The notes: generated by a model from the letters alone, not told the origin. Counted from the first letter of the stretch, positions 41,040-55,312 are shown. The stretch is 64,000 bases of DNA from Eledone cirrhosa (GCA_964016885.1 OZ024746.1:56048001-56112000), one strand, 5' to 3'. Numbers and translations are program-made.

Positions 41040-42400
41040 AACATTTTCCCCCAGCTAAGTGAACCTAACTGGAGTTATATGACAGTTCAGGGTCTAAGCA
41101 CACAAGGCGCTCACGGGTTTCGAACCGACGACGTTTTAGTTATAAGTGCATACATATTGTATGTATGTAAATATAAAGGCTTCCTTACTGTGGTAGTAAG
41201 TCTGAGAAATATGTCCCTACAAAATTATTCTAACGCGTTTGTGTCTCATGTATTTTCTGACAACCGAACCCTAGCTCATGGCCTTCCAGGGGCGGAGATA
41301 TTTGGAATTTACAAGGAGAACAGGCAAAGGACATTTACTGTCGCCTGAAAACCAGTTGCTCTGGGTGAACAGCACTTTCAGGTTGTGTAGTAAGTTCACT
41401 TGAATGACTTCCATCTGCTGTTAGAGGATTCTTCAAAGAGGGAGGAAATTCTGATATGAATCCTATGGTTTATGGAATTATAATACTGATCACCTTGCTT
41501 AGGCTTTTCGTCAGATAAGATCACTGAGATATTGAGAATGACACTCGTGTTTTACAAGCCTTTGTCAACTGTAATCCACGATGAACAAATGTCTCTTTTA
41601 CAATCTTCTCATCTATCATTTTATCTCTCCAGGGAATTCAGGACATGACTTTGAATTATTGGCACATATAAGCATCAGAATTATTCGTGCCAACTTTGCA
41701 TCAAAGAAATGCAACAAACTTGCATAGTTTAATCACCTCTAAACACGTAGTATAGGCAGGATCTATCACGTTTCTCCTGCCTGCCATGTTTGCATATTCT
41801 ATATTGGAGTGCTGTGTGTCCCTCTGGATAAGTTTTTGGTCTTGCCATTTAATCAATACCTCTAATTAGCGCTAATTATATGCAAATTAGTACGTTCATT
41901 TAGAATAATACTAAGAGCAAATGGGTATATATATATCCATCTAATACATGTTTCCTCGTGGTTGATATACTTGACTTCGGATGAGGGTCCAGTTAGATCA
42001 GAGAATCGATTAAAGATGGTTATCATCTGTTTACAATTTATTCATATTTTCTGGCATGTTTTCATTCATACATATAACATGTGTGTATGTATTTATACAT
42101 GCTGGTGCAATCTGATTACACACTCTGTATTTATACATATATCATGTTATTTTACACTTCGGGTGCCAGCACACATCTTCATAAATATCTTGATTATGTA
42201 CGAATATGAGTGCTAGTTAAATGCAAATTAATACGTCCATTTCAGAATAAAACTAAGAGTGAGTGGGTATATACACCGATCAAATACATGCATCCTTGTG
42301 GTTCATCTGAAAATATACACGTCCTCTGATGAGGATCTAGTTATATTAGAAATTCGATCGAAGATGTTTATCATTTTTTTTCAATTCACTAGGAAATTCG
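41040..42400 (+). mobile_element. Old Penelope-like element remnant with two diverged tandem pLTRs (~41865-42045 and 42207-42392)
   Basis: Direct repeat with degenerate hammerheads (CGGATGAG..; CTGATGAGGATCTAG..GAAATTCGA); upstream Cys-rich and FYIG-like remnants; 5' boundary uncertain. Confidence 0.55.
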
Positions 42401-42684
42401 TATCGTCTGGTACTTTTAAATGCATACATATTAGAATGAATATCTCCCCTTTTCTCCCCCTATCTCTCTCTCTTTATATATATATATATATATAAATATA
42501 TATATGTGTGTGTGTGTGAATGTGTGTGTATTTGCGGGTGTGTATGTGTGTGTAAATGAAACCTGATGATTCACACCAAATACGTAGTGTTATTCGTGCA
42601 GAATTAATTTCAATCTAACATGAATTATACACATAGTCCCTACGATACACATATACACACACACTCTCTCTCTCTCTATCACAC

Positions 42685-42802
<118 letters not shown>

Positions 42803-43235
42803 TTACCAGGGGCATTGATACCAAAATATCAATTCATGACGCTATGAAAAGATCTCGAGATATGTTCGTGAGCCGTAATGTACCATGCAACATTCTATCA
42901 TTATTAACATATCTGAAATTATTGTTTTGTTATTACAGATTAAATTATCTCTAGATTAGAATAGAAATTAGTGAAATAGCATAATGATAGTTTATAGAAT
43001 ACAGAAGCATTCTCAATGCGACATTTCATTTCCCGTAGTAGCAGTGCTTCGTATAAATAATGGGGGACACGCAAGAATATTTTTGTTTTGAATTGATTAT
43101 ATATTAATTAATCAATCACATAAATTTAATCACTTCAACTCTTATGGAATGCTGCATCATTTAAATGTGTTATGAAATCAAGTATATTCATATCTACATG
43201 ATTACTAAAATGTCACTTTCAAATATGTATCACAT

Positions 43236-43353
<118 letters not shown>

Positions 43354-43872
43354 TCAATCATATTAACACATATATACTTCTCATACGTTCACACACAGAA
43401 ATATACATACATGAGCAAAAGTTCGTATATCCATCCATCTGTGGACCCTGCTTTTCCCATGGATTTGTATGAGAGCTGTCTTCATATACCGCGTGGATTG
43501 GGAATTAATAACTGGAAGAATATTTCCGTCCTGCTATCAGAATGCAGAGAATTTGTTCCAGATAAATAGGGGGAAATATATATGAATAAAGTATATTAAG
43601 AATTTCGGCTTGGGGGTTAAGATTTTACGTCATATCGAAACTGTAGAAGCTTAACCGTAGTGTAGAGTATATTATATATATATATGTGAGTGCGCGTGTT
43701 TGTATGATAAGATGCTTGTATATTCCGAATTTAAAGCAGGCTGTAGCTAGGAGGACTCATTGAGCCTGCATCTATTTGTTTAAAGGCATATATAAATATA
43801 TACGAGTGTGTATTTTTGCATGTACCTCTGCGTTACTCCCTCTGTGTATGTCTATATGCACATATATCTGTA

Positions 43873-43968
<96 letters not shown>

Positions 43969-44441
43969 CATGTTCTTAACAGACAATGTAATGCAGAGCA
44001 AGCAAGTATGGAACCAAAGTGTGCCAAAAAAACAAACAAACACAAAACATACAATGCCAGAAACAAAACTACGAAAACAAAAACGTACATGTGTAATAGG
44101 AAGTGTGATTAGTAAATTATTAGAAAGATAGAGAGGTGGTTTCGTGACTCTTTGGGGAGTGTATATCAACTTGGTAGTGGATAGGGTGTTCAAACTAATT
44201 AAGTTAACACTATTCTGTAATAATAAAAGGTCTACTGCTAATAACGGTGTTTAGGGGATATGCAAGCTAATTGAAATTATATTTGAAATTACATATTCTG
44301 CACGATACAAAATAAAATATATTAGTGTATGTAGTATACGTGAATGTATATATGTTTGTATACATAAACGCACATCACAATCACTCACACATATGTATAT
44401 AAATATCTATATATCTCTCTATATATATAATGTGTGTGTGA

Positions 44442-44499
<58 letters not shown>

Positions 44500-45469
44500 C
44501 ATGTGTGTGTATGTTTTCGTGTGTGCCTTGTTTGTTTGTATCTTTGAGAGTATATGTGAATATATGTATGGGTTATGCTGTATTTTTTGGTTATTCAACA
44601 TTACATAATTCCATCTAGATTTATGGATATTTACGATGTTCCCTTTCAAAATCCCATTTCGTATTTTATCTTTAAAAACGTTGCATATATGCATTTATAT
44701 CATCTATACAAATTATACAATCCCACACGTCAGAACATGCATTAATCACTTCTAAGCATTTAAATTATACGCACACACACGAACCCAGACAAACACAGTC
44801 ACACACACACATGCATACATATAATTATACAGTTTATATACATACACATATATGTATATATGTATATATTACACACACACTCACATATATATATATATAA
44901 AGTCCTTCATTCATACATTAAACTTCATTCTGTAGAAACGACCTCTTCGACATGACTGCTAGCTCTATTTTCTCTACGCGTAAAAATAAACATTTATTTA
45001 ATATATTATGTAATCCTATTTACCATCTATCCATATCACGTCCCCTTAATGTATTATTGTTGTTGGCTTTTACGCCTTGCGAACTAATGCATGAATACGC
45101 TTATGTGTAAAAAATAGTTGCTTGTTAAAACACTTACATAACAACAAACGATGACAAGAAGTAGAAACCTGTGAAACGAGAAGAATATGTATCCACGTCA
45201 TGTTGCAAATATTTCATATGTTTAAATCACATGAACTATTTACAATGCAATGCTAATTATATGTTTATACAGGCACAATACCATACACTCACATACACTT
45301 ACACGTACATACACAGACACACCACTCACATTCTCAAAAATATACATGCACAAACACACACACGTACACACACACACACACACACCCACACACCGACGCA
45401 CACACACATACACACACACATGCTCACATACATAGACGCACACACACCCATCCCCCTACACACACACAT

Positions 45470-45502
<33 letters not shown>

Positions 45503-45514
45503 CATATATATGAG

Positions 45515-45655
45515 ATAGAGTGTGGTAAAATGAGCTAGAACATAACCCACCAGATTGCTCGATACTCGGATTAGTAGAGTGGGTAATATGAAAAGAATCA
45601 GGACCCCATCGAAACGGTAGGAGCTCAGCCGTAGTGGTCCTGAATCTTTTCATAT
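45515..45655. mobile_element. TA-associated pLTR-like repeat with terminal fold-back (45586-45655)
   Basis: ATATGAAAAGA(A)TCAGGACC...GGTCCTGAATCTTTTCATAT inverted arms; homologous to 15541-15860 and 49335-49533. Confidence 0.7.
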
Positions 45656-45704
45656 ACATATTTGAATCTTCATGGGTACGTCCTTATATATTAAACAGAC
45701 TTTG

Positions 45705-45769
45705 TATTTTATCTGATGAAAGCGCACCAACGTTGGTTTGGTTGCCCTTGAAATATATATAATAAAATA
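45705..45769 (+). ncRNA. Minimal type I hammerhead ribozyme in a solo PLE pLTR (45660-45815)
   Basis: TATTTTAT-CTGATGA-AAGCGCACCAA...TTGGTTGCCCTT-GAAA-TATATA-TA-ATAAAATA: perfect 8-bp stem I, intact core. Confidence 0.82.
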
Positions 45770-45811
45770 AATATGGTTTTATAAATATAGTTTCCATTTA
45801 TTTAATATCAT

Positions 45812-45851
<40 letters not shown>

Positions 45852-46188
45852 TTTACACATACACCAATGAAACAAAGTCAGAGGTATATATGTGTTTTGG
45901 CAACTTTTCACGTTGTGGCTCAATGAAGAATTAATAAATTAAACAATCAGAGCAAAATACTAGAGTAAAATATGGTTGACGTATATTTAATTAATTTCCA
46001 CGTGCTGTTCAAATGTTGGGTTGTGCCGAAGACGCCGCAATGGTATATTTATTTAATATTTCTTCATAGATGCCTTTTATTCTTATAGCCTGGTCTAATT
46101 GATTTTTCGTGTGGTTAATTATGCTGATTGAGAATAGTGATGATGTATATATATTATCAAATAATTCTCTGGACATGTTTTACTCTAG

Positions 46189-46289
<101 letters not shown>

Positions 46290-46295
46290 TTGTGT

Positions 46296-46335
<40 letters not shown>

Positions 46336-47804
46336 TTGTGTGTCTGTGATTCTGTTTGTCATAGTAGATGGCTTGCCAAAGTTAATATAGATTACCATAC
46401 AATGGTAAATGTTTTTGAACGTACTACAACATTTTAGGGATATTGAAATGCTAACATGATATTTTCTCTACACAATAATATCGTAGCATTTGCACGCCTG
46501 ATATTAGCAGCAAAAAAAAACGGAAACATCATGTCCAACATATGATCTCAGTTTTCCTCTCGACATTTTAACGCCTACTAAACATCGATTTTTAAAAATG
46601 GATAATAAAGCATATATAGCCATTTGAAATTTCTTTAGTGTGTGTGTGTGGGGGGTGGGGGTGGTGGCTTATAATTCCTCCTCCAGGTGTCCTATTTTTA
46701 AAAACACACCATGATTCTGTATATTTATACATTTGTATTATTTCTGGATTGTTGTATTTATTTGCTATTTTATATGATTCAAACTGCAGTGCATGCGTTT
46801 CAATAAAGGATTGGTTTATAATAACCTATTCTTTTTCATTCTAATTACGTTCTCATTTCTTCGTAAGCAATTATTTCTTTGTGTATTCAAAGCACTTCTA
46901 TAATTTTCAATGATTGATTTTTTATTATTATTGTTATTATTTTTCATTTTTTTCTTTTTTGTTCTCCCTATTTCACAATTGAGAAACATTAAAATGCTTC
47001 TTAGGTATCAAATAGAGCGAACGTGGCGATTGTCAAAAAAAAAAAAAATATTAATAGATTTGTAGTATTTTTTCAGGAATATTTTGTAGAGAATTAAATA
47101 TTTAAAAATTGAACATTTTAAACAACAAAATAATGATTATTATAATAATTGGTAAATATAATAAGATTTCAATAACAATTTGATAATGTCAAGTATGCAT
47201 ATCTTCCTATAGCGAAGGGATGTAAACACAAATGAGCTCAAATACATTTAACCACAACAGCAATGAAGCACAAAGCGACAAGACATGTAGTCTAGCACAA
47301 TTGTTAGAATAAATGGGATTATGATTCCTAATTGTGTATGTGAATGCTGCTTAAACCAAGAAAGCACTATGGGCTAACATGAAAAATATTACAATAAAAC
47401 TTCTGCTTGGGCTATCACCATGACGTAATATGCTGTAGGTGATTGCATGATATCTCATAGGAAGAAGTACAACACCGATGTATTCCAATGACCTACTGCA
47501 ATGTTATTTCTATGCCCACATAATTTCTTAACCTGTGATTCTCGTCTTTTCTCGATGCATGGAATGGTCAATTAGGGCGGTGTGTTCATGCAAGCTGGAG
47601 ATATGTTTTACCACATTTGGCTCGGTTGAATCTGCAAATATTCAAGCATCGAATATTCGATATCAATGAGAGAAGGATTAATTCCAATCGAATAAATACT
47701 ACTCAAAAATCACCTCGGTTGATTTGGTCACACATTTCAACACCCCAGTTCAAGGCTCTTCTTTTTATGAGTTTATATATATTTAAATATTTTGTACAAA
47801 TACC

Positions 47805-47895
47805 AAGGCGCGTGACGTGGTGGTTAGTGAATGCGTTAAAGGAAGATAAAACCGATCGTTCAATTCCCGGCGGAGCGTTGCGCCTTTGATCAAAA
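47805..47895 (+). mobile_element. tRNA-head SINE fragment
   Basis: ggcgcgtgacgtggtggttagtg..cgttcaattcccggcggagcgttgcgcctttga. Confidence 0.55.
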
Positions 47896-48151
47896 TATTA
47901 GATCAAAATATGAGATATACATGTTGTACATATAGACACCATCATTCCTCTGTAACACTGGAAGTCTTTGAGAATGACGTTAAGGGTACATGTGTCTGAG
48001 CAATGCTCAGTCAAGTGAACAGCCGTTTCAGGTTCACGACCAGGCTGCTCTGTTGAGAAACCAATGGAATAGCTGTCATCTGAACCGACTGATATCCTAC
48101 ACAATATATGGCTGTGTATTTATGAATGTAATTGTGGCAATAGAAGCTTTT

Positions 48152-48152
<1 letters not shown>

Positions 48153-48228
<76 letters not shown>

Positions 48229-48267
48229 GCTGTATATATATATATGATGGCTGCACATATATACTCT

Positions 48268-48344
<77 letters not shown>

Positions 48345-48445
48345 GTATGTATATATATATATGTATGTATATATCTATGTATATATATATGTATATATGT
48401 ATATATATATGTATACATATATGTATATATATATGTATATATATG

Positions 48446-48478
<33 letters not shown>

Positions 48479-48723
48479 GTATATATATATATGTATATAT
48501 ATATATGTGTATTAATATATATGTATATATATATGTATATCTAAATCTATATATATGTGTATGAATATATATATGTATATATATATGTATATATATATAT
48601 ATATATATGTTTATATATATATGTATATATATATCTATATATATGTGTATAAATATATATATGTATATATATATGTATATATATATATGTATATATATAT
48701 ATCTATATATATCTATATATATA
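48153..48723. repeat. Compound (CT)n-(CA)n-(TA/TATG)n microsatellite block
   Basis: Direct inspection. Confidence 0.95.
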
Positions 48724-49200
48724 TCATTTATTAGTTTAGCGAGGTTTTTTATATGAAATCGTGTGTCGAAACAAATATTGTTATACTTGGGGAGGGTCAT
48801 ATTTGTGTAATATTGCCAGAATTAATAACAGAACACACTCACTGTTTGGTTGGTTTTCGCTTCTCGCTATCTTTTATATCTGCGATCTAGCTTACTCGGT
48901 CCTCAATGTTGCCATTGACTGACCGACGGTCAAAAATAATACAGATACATTATAGACACAAACACATATATATAGTTTACATAATTTACATAAATCTTTC
49001 CTTGCACCTCTGCAACATCGTCAGTGGTGTTATATATTTTTTTTTTCCTCCTGTTGTGTTGTATGTCTACGCCATTTGTTATTCAGTAAGTTAGATCGCA
49101 GATATAAAAGACAGCTAGAAGCGAAAACCAACCAAACAGTGAGTGTGTTCTGTTATTAATTCTGGCAATATTACACAAATATGACCCTCCCCAAGTATAA
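48724..49200 (-). mobile_element. PLE pLTR with ORF start ([22 protein letters not shown]) and a folded-back partial pLTR (49085-49200 inverts 48781-48896)
   Basis: Inverted homology to 50968-51252; N-terminus matches ORF 54340; hammerhead-like CTGACGA-T-GTTGCA..TGCAAG-GAAA at 48988-49029 (-). Confidence 0.85.
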
Positions 49201-49334
49201 TCTATATATATATATATCTATATATATGTATATATATATCTATATATATGTATATATATAAATATATGTATATGTATATATATATGTATATATATATATA
49301 TATGTATATATAAAAATATATGTATATGTATATG

Positions 49335-49533
49335 TATAACAAAGGAAGTGTGGTAAGGAACCAGATGGACCATAACGCACCAGAGTACTCAATACTTAGG
49401 GTAGTGGTGTGGGAAATAGGAAAAAGTATGACCCCGACGGCAGAGCTCAAGCTGTTTCGACGGCTATTTCTGGACTGAAATAGCAGTCGAAACAGCTTGA
49501 TCTCTGCCGTTTGGGTCATACATTTTCCTATTT
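49335..49533. mobile_element. TA-associated pLTR-like repeat ending in a 120-bp hairpin (49414-49533)
   Basis: AAATAGGAAAAAGTATGACC..AAGCTGTTTCGAC.GCTATTTC-TGGACT-GAAATAGC.GTCGAAACAGCTT..GGTCATACATTTTCCTATTT. Confidence 0.8.
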
Positions 49534-49574
49534 ATGTATATGTATATATATATATAACGGCAATGAATTAGTTT

Positions 49575-51252
49575 TGCCATATCAATATAGTTATAAGAAC
49601 ATTCCCACTAGAGAGCACTAACAAGTTTGATTTAGAACGCAGCACAATGGAAAGCATCAAGCAGATAGCTAATTCCATACACCAGAGTATAACTGTAACT
49701 ATCGACTTCCCTTCCAAACACCCTAACAATAGACTACTTGTATTAGACACGGAACTCTGGATTGGATTAACACTATAGACGAGAGAGCCCAAATTCTCCA
49801 CTCATACTATGCTAAACTCATGGCCTCCAAATACCTGATTCTCAAAAACTCAGCAATGTCCAGTAGTGCTAAGTTTAATATTCTGATCGCAGATTTGGTA
49901 CGAGTGATGAAGAATGTGTCCCACATGTGCGACCCAACAGAAATGGAAAGACACATCCAACACTTCATCAACCGCATGCAGTTCTCTGGCTACAACCAAA
50001 GAGACAGAGTCAGAGTATACGAAGGAGCCATGGAGAAGTATAAGACCCTCATAGAACTGGATATGAAAGGAATTTGCCCATATACAGGAGAAAATCATGG
50101 AATAGCTTAGATAGGGCTAGACATAAGATAGGGAAAGCCACCTCATGGTACACAACCAGAGATACCAGAGTGTAATGTTTGTGGACGCTACCCCTGGAGG
50201 GCATTTAGCTAACCAGTGTAGAAAGGCCCTGAGAAAGACCCACTTAAAGATTAAGGTGGTAGAAAAGCCAGGAACCACCATAAAATCCCTGATCAACAAA
50301 ACCTACCCTTTTAAGAAAACCCACTGTACTAACAGGAAATGTATCATATGCAAGGTAAACGCCCGGATAAACTGTAAATCTAGAAACGTAGTCTATAGCA
50401 TAAGATGTACAGAGGGTACTTGCAGAAACATGACAACAACATACATAGGCGAGACAGCTCGTAGCATAGGTGAAAGGATAGACCAACACTGGGGGAACTA
50501 AAATGACGAAAATACGGGCCAGTACTATACGAACATGCCAGACAACAACACGACGTTAACACAGACAACATAGAAATTAGAATAATATCTAAACATAGAA
50601 ATGACCCAGCAGATAGGCAAATCAGAGAGGCCAGTGAAATAGAACTTAGAAGGCCAAGACTAAACAGAAAGAATGAATGGAATAACAACAACACCCAAAC
50701 AAACAACACTGACCTAAGAGAAGTATAAATAAATAAATAAATAAATAGATAAATAAATAGATAAATACATACACAAGCACAATAACAACAAACACATATA
50801 AACACACACTAGTAAAGATAGAATACATTAACCGATACACAATCACCCAATCACGAACACCCATCAAACAAAACACTATACACACACTCAAACGCATGCG
50901 CAAAGAAGACAAAATAAAATAAACAAACAAACAAATAAATAAATAAATATATAGACAGACTAAATAAAAATGGCGTAGACATACAATGTAACGGGAGGAA
51001 ACATTAGCACCACTGACGATGTTGTAGGTGTGCAACGAAAGAACTTTGATAAACTATATATATGTGTTTGTGTCTATATTGTATCTGTATTATTTTTGAC
51101 CGTCGGTCAGTCAATGGCAACATTGAGGACCGAATAAATTAAGTTACCGATATAAAAGACACAGAAGCGAAAAGCGAAAACCAACCAAACAGTGTGTGTG
51201 TTCTGTTACTAATTCTAGCAATATTACACAAATATGACCCTCCCCAAGTATT
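49575..51252 (+). mobile_element. 5'-truncated Penelope-like element: RT thumb/linker, GIY-YIG endonuclease, 3' pLTR; frameshifted
   Basis: INIVI..TIDFPSKHPNNRLLVLDTELW; ILIADLVRVMKNVS..RMQFSGY; CIICK..NCKSRNVVYSIRC..YIGETARSIGERI; LNRKNEWN; pLTR ends in ATGACCCTCCCCAAGTAT. Confidence 0.92.
51008..51050 (+). ncRNA. Minimal hammerhead-like motif in the 3' pLTR
   Basis: CA-CTGACGA-T-GTTGTA(GGTG)TGCAAC-GAAA-GAAC-TT-TG; weak stem I. Confidence 0.6.
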
Positions 51253-51253
51253 A

Positions 51254-51652
<399 letters not shown>

Positions 51653-51728
51653 AATGACTATCTAAGGAAAACTTGAACCGTTAAGGTATATTCTCCTTGA
51701 TATGTCAGAATTTATAAAACACACTTCG

Positions 51729-51789
51729 TATTTTATCTGATGATGGCGTACCAAAATGTTGGTACCCTTGAAATATATATAATAGAATA
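51729..51789 (+). ncRNA. Minimal type I hammerhead ribozyme (same pLTR family as 45705)
   Basis: TATTTTAT-CTGATGA-TGGCGTACCAA(AATG)TTGGTACCCTT-GAAA-TATATA-TA-ATAGAATA. Confidence 0.78.
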
Positions 51790-51943
51790 AATATGGTTAT
51801 ACTTTGGGAGGGTCATGTTGCCAATAGGGAACACACGCACCACATACTTTCACTTCAATTTATTATAATACATCTATAAATTTAGGAATTTATAAATTTC
51901 CGGTGGTTGGTTGGTTCCACAAACAGATGGTTGTTTATATATT

Positions 51944-51986
51944 GTCAAAGTTCTTTCGTCACACATTCTGTGACCTCTTTAGTGAC
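51944..51986 (-). ncRNA. Hammerhead-like motif in the 3' pLTR with a mutated core (CTAA for CTGA)
   Basis: GTCA-CTAAAGA-G-GTCACA(GAATG)TGTGAC-GAAA-GAAC-TT-TGAC; stems I and II pair. Confidence 0.65.
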
Positions 51987-52188
51987 TGGGGATTCTTTTC
52001 TTTGTTTTTGTGCCTCTCCTTTGTTCTGTCCTACGACATCTTGTTTATGTGTGTGTTTTTTTGTGCTCAGTCTGCGCATGCGCCACATCCAAGTGTCTGT
52101 GTGTGTTTATATTCGTTTATTTATTTGTTTATTTACATGTTACTTGTTGGTTGTTTGTTCTATGTGCGTGTGTGTTTACATTTTGTCC

Positions 52189-53331
52189 TTAATTGTAAGT
52201 TGTGATGTTGCTGTTCCACTCATGTTTTCTATTTAATTTTGGTTGTAATTCTTTTATGTTTATTGCCTCTGTGATTTGTCTAAACATTGCGTCTTTTCTG
52301 TGTGTAGATTCTATTTTTATTTCTATGTTCTCTAATTTACCCCTATGTTCTATTTTAGCATGTTGGTAGAGTACATATGATTCTTTACTATCTTGAAGGC
52401 CTCGCCAGTGTTCATATATCCGTTCCCCTACACTACGAGCTGTCTCACCTATGTACACTATATTTTTATCTCTACATTGTCCTTCAGTACATCTTATGGT
52501 ATATACTACATTTCTAGTTTTACAGTTAATATGGGGGCTTAATTTACAGGTTATACATTTCTTATCTATACAGGGGGGTCTTTGAAAAGGGTATGACTTG
52601 CTAATAAGTATTTTTATGGAGGTACCTGGTCATTCTACTATCTTAATATTGAGTTTATGTTTATCTAGGACCTTTCTAAATTCGTAAGCTAATTCACCTC
52701 TAGGGGTTGTATCGTTGAACATTACACTCTGGTATTTATTGCTATCATACCATGAGTTTATTCTATTAGCCTTATTCCTTGTTCTTTCTATTCTATTCCA
52801 AAATTTGCTTTTATACAAGGGGCAGGTCCCATCTGTGTCATTATTTACCATTTTTTCCCATTTGGTTCTGGCTCCTCTATACACTCTGATTTTATCTCTC
52901 TGATTGTAACCAGAGAACTGCATACGGTGGATGAAGTGTTGTATGTGTCTCTCTAGTTCTTCGGGGTTGCACATGCGGGACACGTTTCTCATCACCCGTA
53001 CCAAATCCGCAGTCAGTATGTTGATTTTGGTATGGTCCGAAACAGCTGAGTTTCGGTGGATCAGATATTTGGAAGTCATGAGTTTGGCATAATGGGAATG
53101 GCGGATTTGTTTTTTGCTATTAATGTTATCTAACCAGAGCTCTGTGTCTAGTACAGGTAATCGATGGTTGAGGTGTTTGCTTGGGTAGTCTATAGTAACT
53201 CTAATACCCTGGTGGATGGAGTTAGCTATTTGCTGGATGCTTTCCATTGTGTTTTTCTCTAATTCCTGACTGTTCTCTAGTGGGGGTGTTTTAACTACGA
53301 TGTTTATATCATCAACGTAGCGGGAGTACAT
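52189..53331 (-). pseudogene. PLE RT C-terminus plus GIY-YIG endonuclease, broken by a stop and a frameshift
   Basis: ORFs 53331-52630 and 52458-52189 are collinear with the plus-strand paralogue at 49575-50690. Confidence 0.9.
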
Positions 53332-54389
53332 TATCAGGGTTAAGCGGTCTTCTAATTGTTCTTTAAGTTTAATCCTATTACCTTCCCTTATTGTTGTTGT
53401 TGATGTGTGCTGTTGTTGATGTGTGTTGTTGTTGTTGTCTCCGTGTATGTTATTATTGTTGTGTATGTTGTTATTGTTGTTTGTGTCTGCGTGTCTGTTG
53501 TTGTTGTTTCTGAGTATATTATTATTGTTGATGTGTGTTGTTGTTATTGTTGTTTGTATCTGTGTGTATGCTGTTGTTGTGATGTGTGTTGTATATGTGT
53601 GTGCGTATGTTGATACTTTTGTTTTTGTTTTTGTTTTTGAGGCTCCAACATAATTTTGTCAATGATTTTTCTATTTCTGACAAACATCTAATCATATTTA
53701 TCTTATTGAATGTGGCATACTTAGGCGGCAGTTGTAATACAGATAATTCATCAGAGTCGACCGTAGTGTTGCCGTATATATTTGTGTTGTTCTTGTTGAA
53801 CTCATCTGTTAATATGATGTCGGCCATATTTATACCGTCAATTTTGTCGGGATATCTATTGATATTCTCTAAAGTCTCTTGATTTAGTTTCTTGTTAAAG
53901 TGCTTATCACATTCTTGAACAATGTACTGTTCTTCAGGACGTATAAGGTTTATAAATATTAGTTTTTCTCTTGGTGTGGTGATCTTAGTTATTTCTTGTG
54001 TTAGGTTACGCTTTAGTTTTTCTTGATAACATAATTCTCTATATATCTTCTTTTTTATGTTTAGAATTAGTGTTCGTTTTAGCCTATCTGCTTGCTTTTG
54101 GGTGAGCTGTAATCTTCTTACATCGGTGTTGATGGTGTTGGTGTAAACTGGGGACGAGGCACATTCTTTTATGAAGTGTCGAGATGTTATTGTTTTTAGT
54201 AGACAACAGAATATGGTGGTTTTCAGCATCTTGTTAGCCTTGCTAAGGCTTATGATATTTCGTTTCTGAATTTGTTTAGCTAGATTCTTTATCTGAAAAC
54301 GTGTGTTGAAACCGATATTGTTATACTTTGGGAGGGTCATGTTGCCAATAAATATGGTTTTATAAATATAGTTTCCATTTATTTAATAT

Positions 54390-54770
<381 letters not shown>

Positions 54771-54977
54771 CACACATATATATATATATATATTATATAT
54801 GTGTGTGCGTGTATATATATGTAAGTAAATATTCTCTTTATCAGATAGTTTGTAAACTTACATAGATCAATAACTGTGTATAGATACAATGTATTATCAC
54901 CATCTAGAAACGATCGTAAAGCAGTGAAGTATATCTCTAATGACTTGCTTTTTTATTTCATTGTTTTAACTTATATT

Positions 54978-55033
<56 letters not shown>

Positions 55034-55206
55034 ATGTTTATTCTATATTTATATTCACTCTTTATATATATTTGGCAATTTGTCTTTAAACTTCTTGGCG
55101 ATTCTCCGCAATATTATTTTATTGTATATTTTGTTACTCTAGTCATCTTCACTGTGTGTTTTTGTGTTTGATGTTTGCTGTCTCGTCACAGCCATTGTCA
55201 TGATCG

Positions 55207-55300
55207 TTAACTTTGCCTTTCCTCCTTACGGGGTCGATAAGATAAAGTACCAGTAATACACTGGGTTTTTGCTTGCCCTATGCCGAATGTAGAAACAATT
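55207..55300 (+). mobile_element. Nin/Deu SINE 3' half
   Basis: ttaactttgcctttc.tccttacggggtcgataa.ataaagtaccagtaat. Confidence 0.82.
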
Positions 55301-55312
55301 ATTATTATTATG

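Larger units (their letters stand above)
51796..54350 (-). mobile_element. Penelope-like element with an internal deletion of most of the RT core, a 31-bp terminal direct repeat and a 13-bp TSD
   Basis: N-terminal ORF 54340-53522 ([16 protein letters not shown]); YSRYVDD..RMQFSGY ORF 53331-52630; GIY-YIG VVYTIRC..YIGETARS..EHW..RQITEA..LNRKHEWN; GTTATACTTTGGGAGGGTCATGTTGCCAATA at 51796 and 54320. Confidence 0.93.

Noticed and set aside
44130-44185. Hammerhead on the minus strand (..GAGTCACGAAACC)
   Set aside because: The CUGANGA box is not recoverable and stem pairing is incomplete
52630-52632. In-frame TGA in the PLE ORF as selenocysteine (as in Naiad PLEs)
   Set aside because: It aligns to Lys in the paralogue (VVEKPGT), not Cys; a frameshift follows; the EN is C-terminal here; no SECIS recognised
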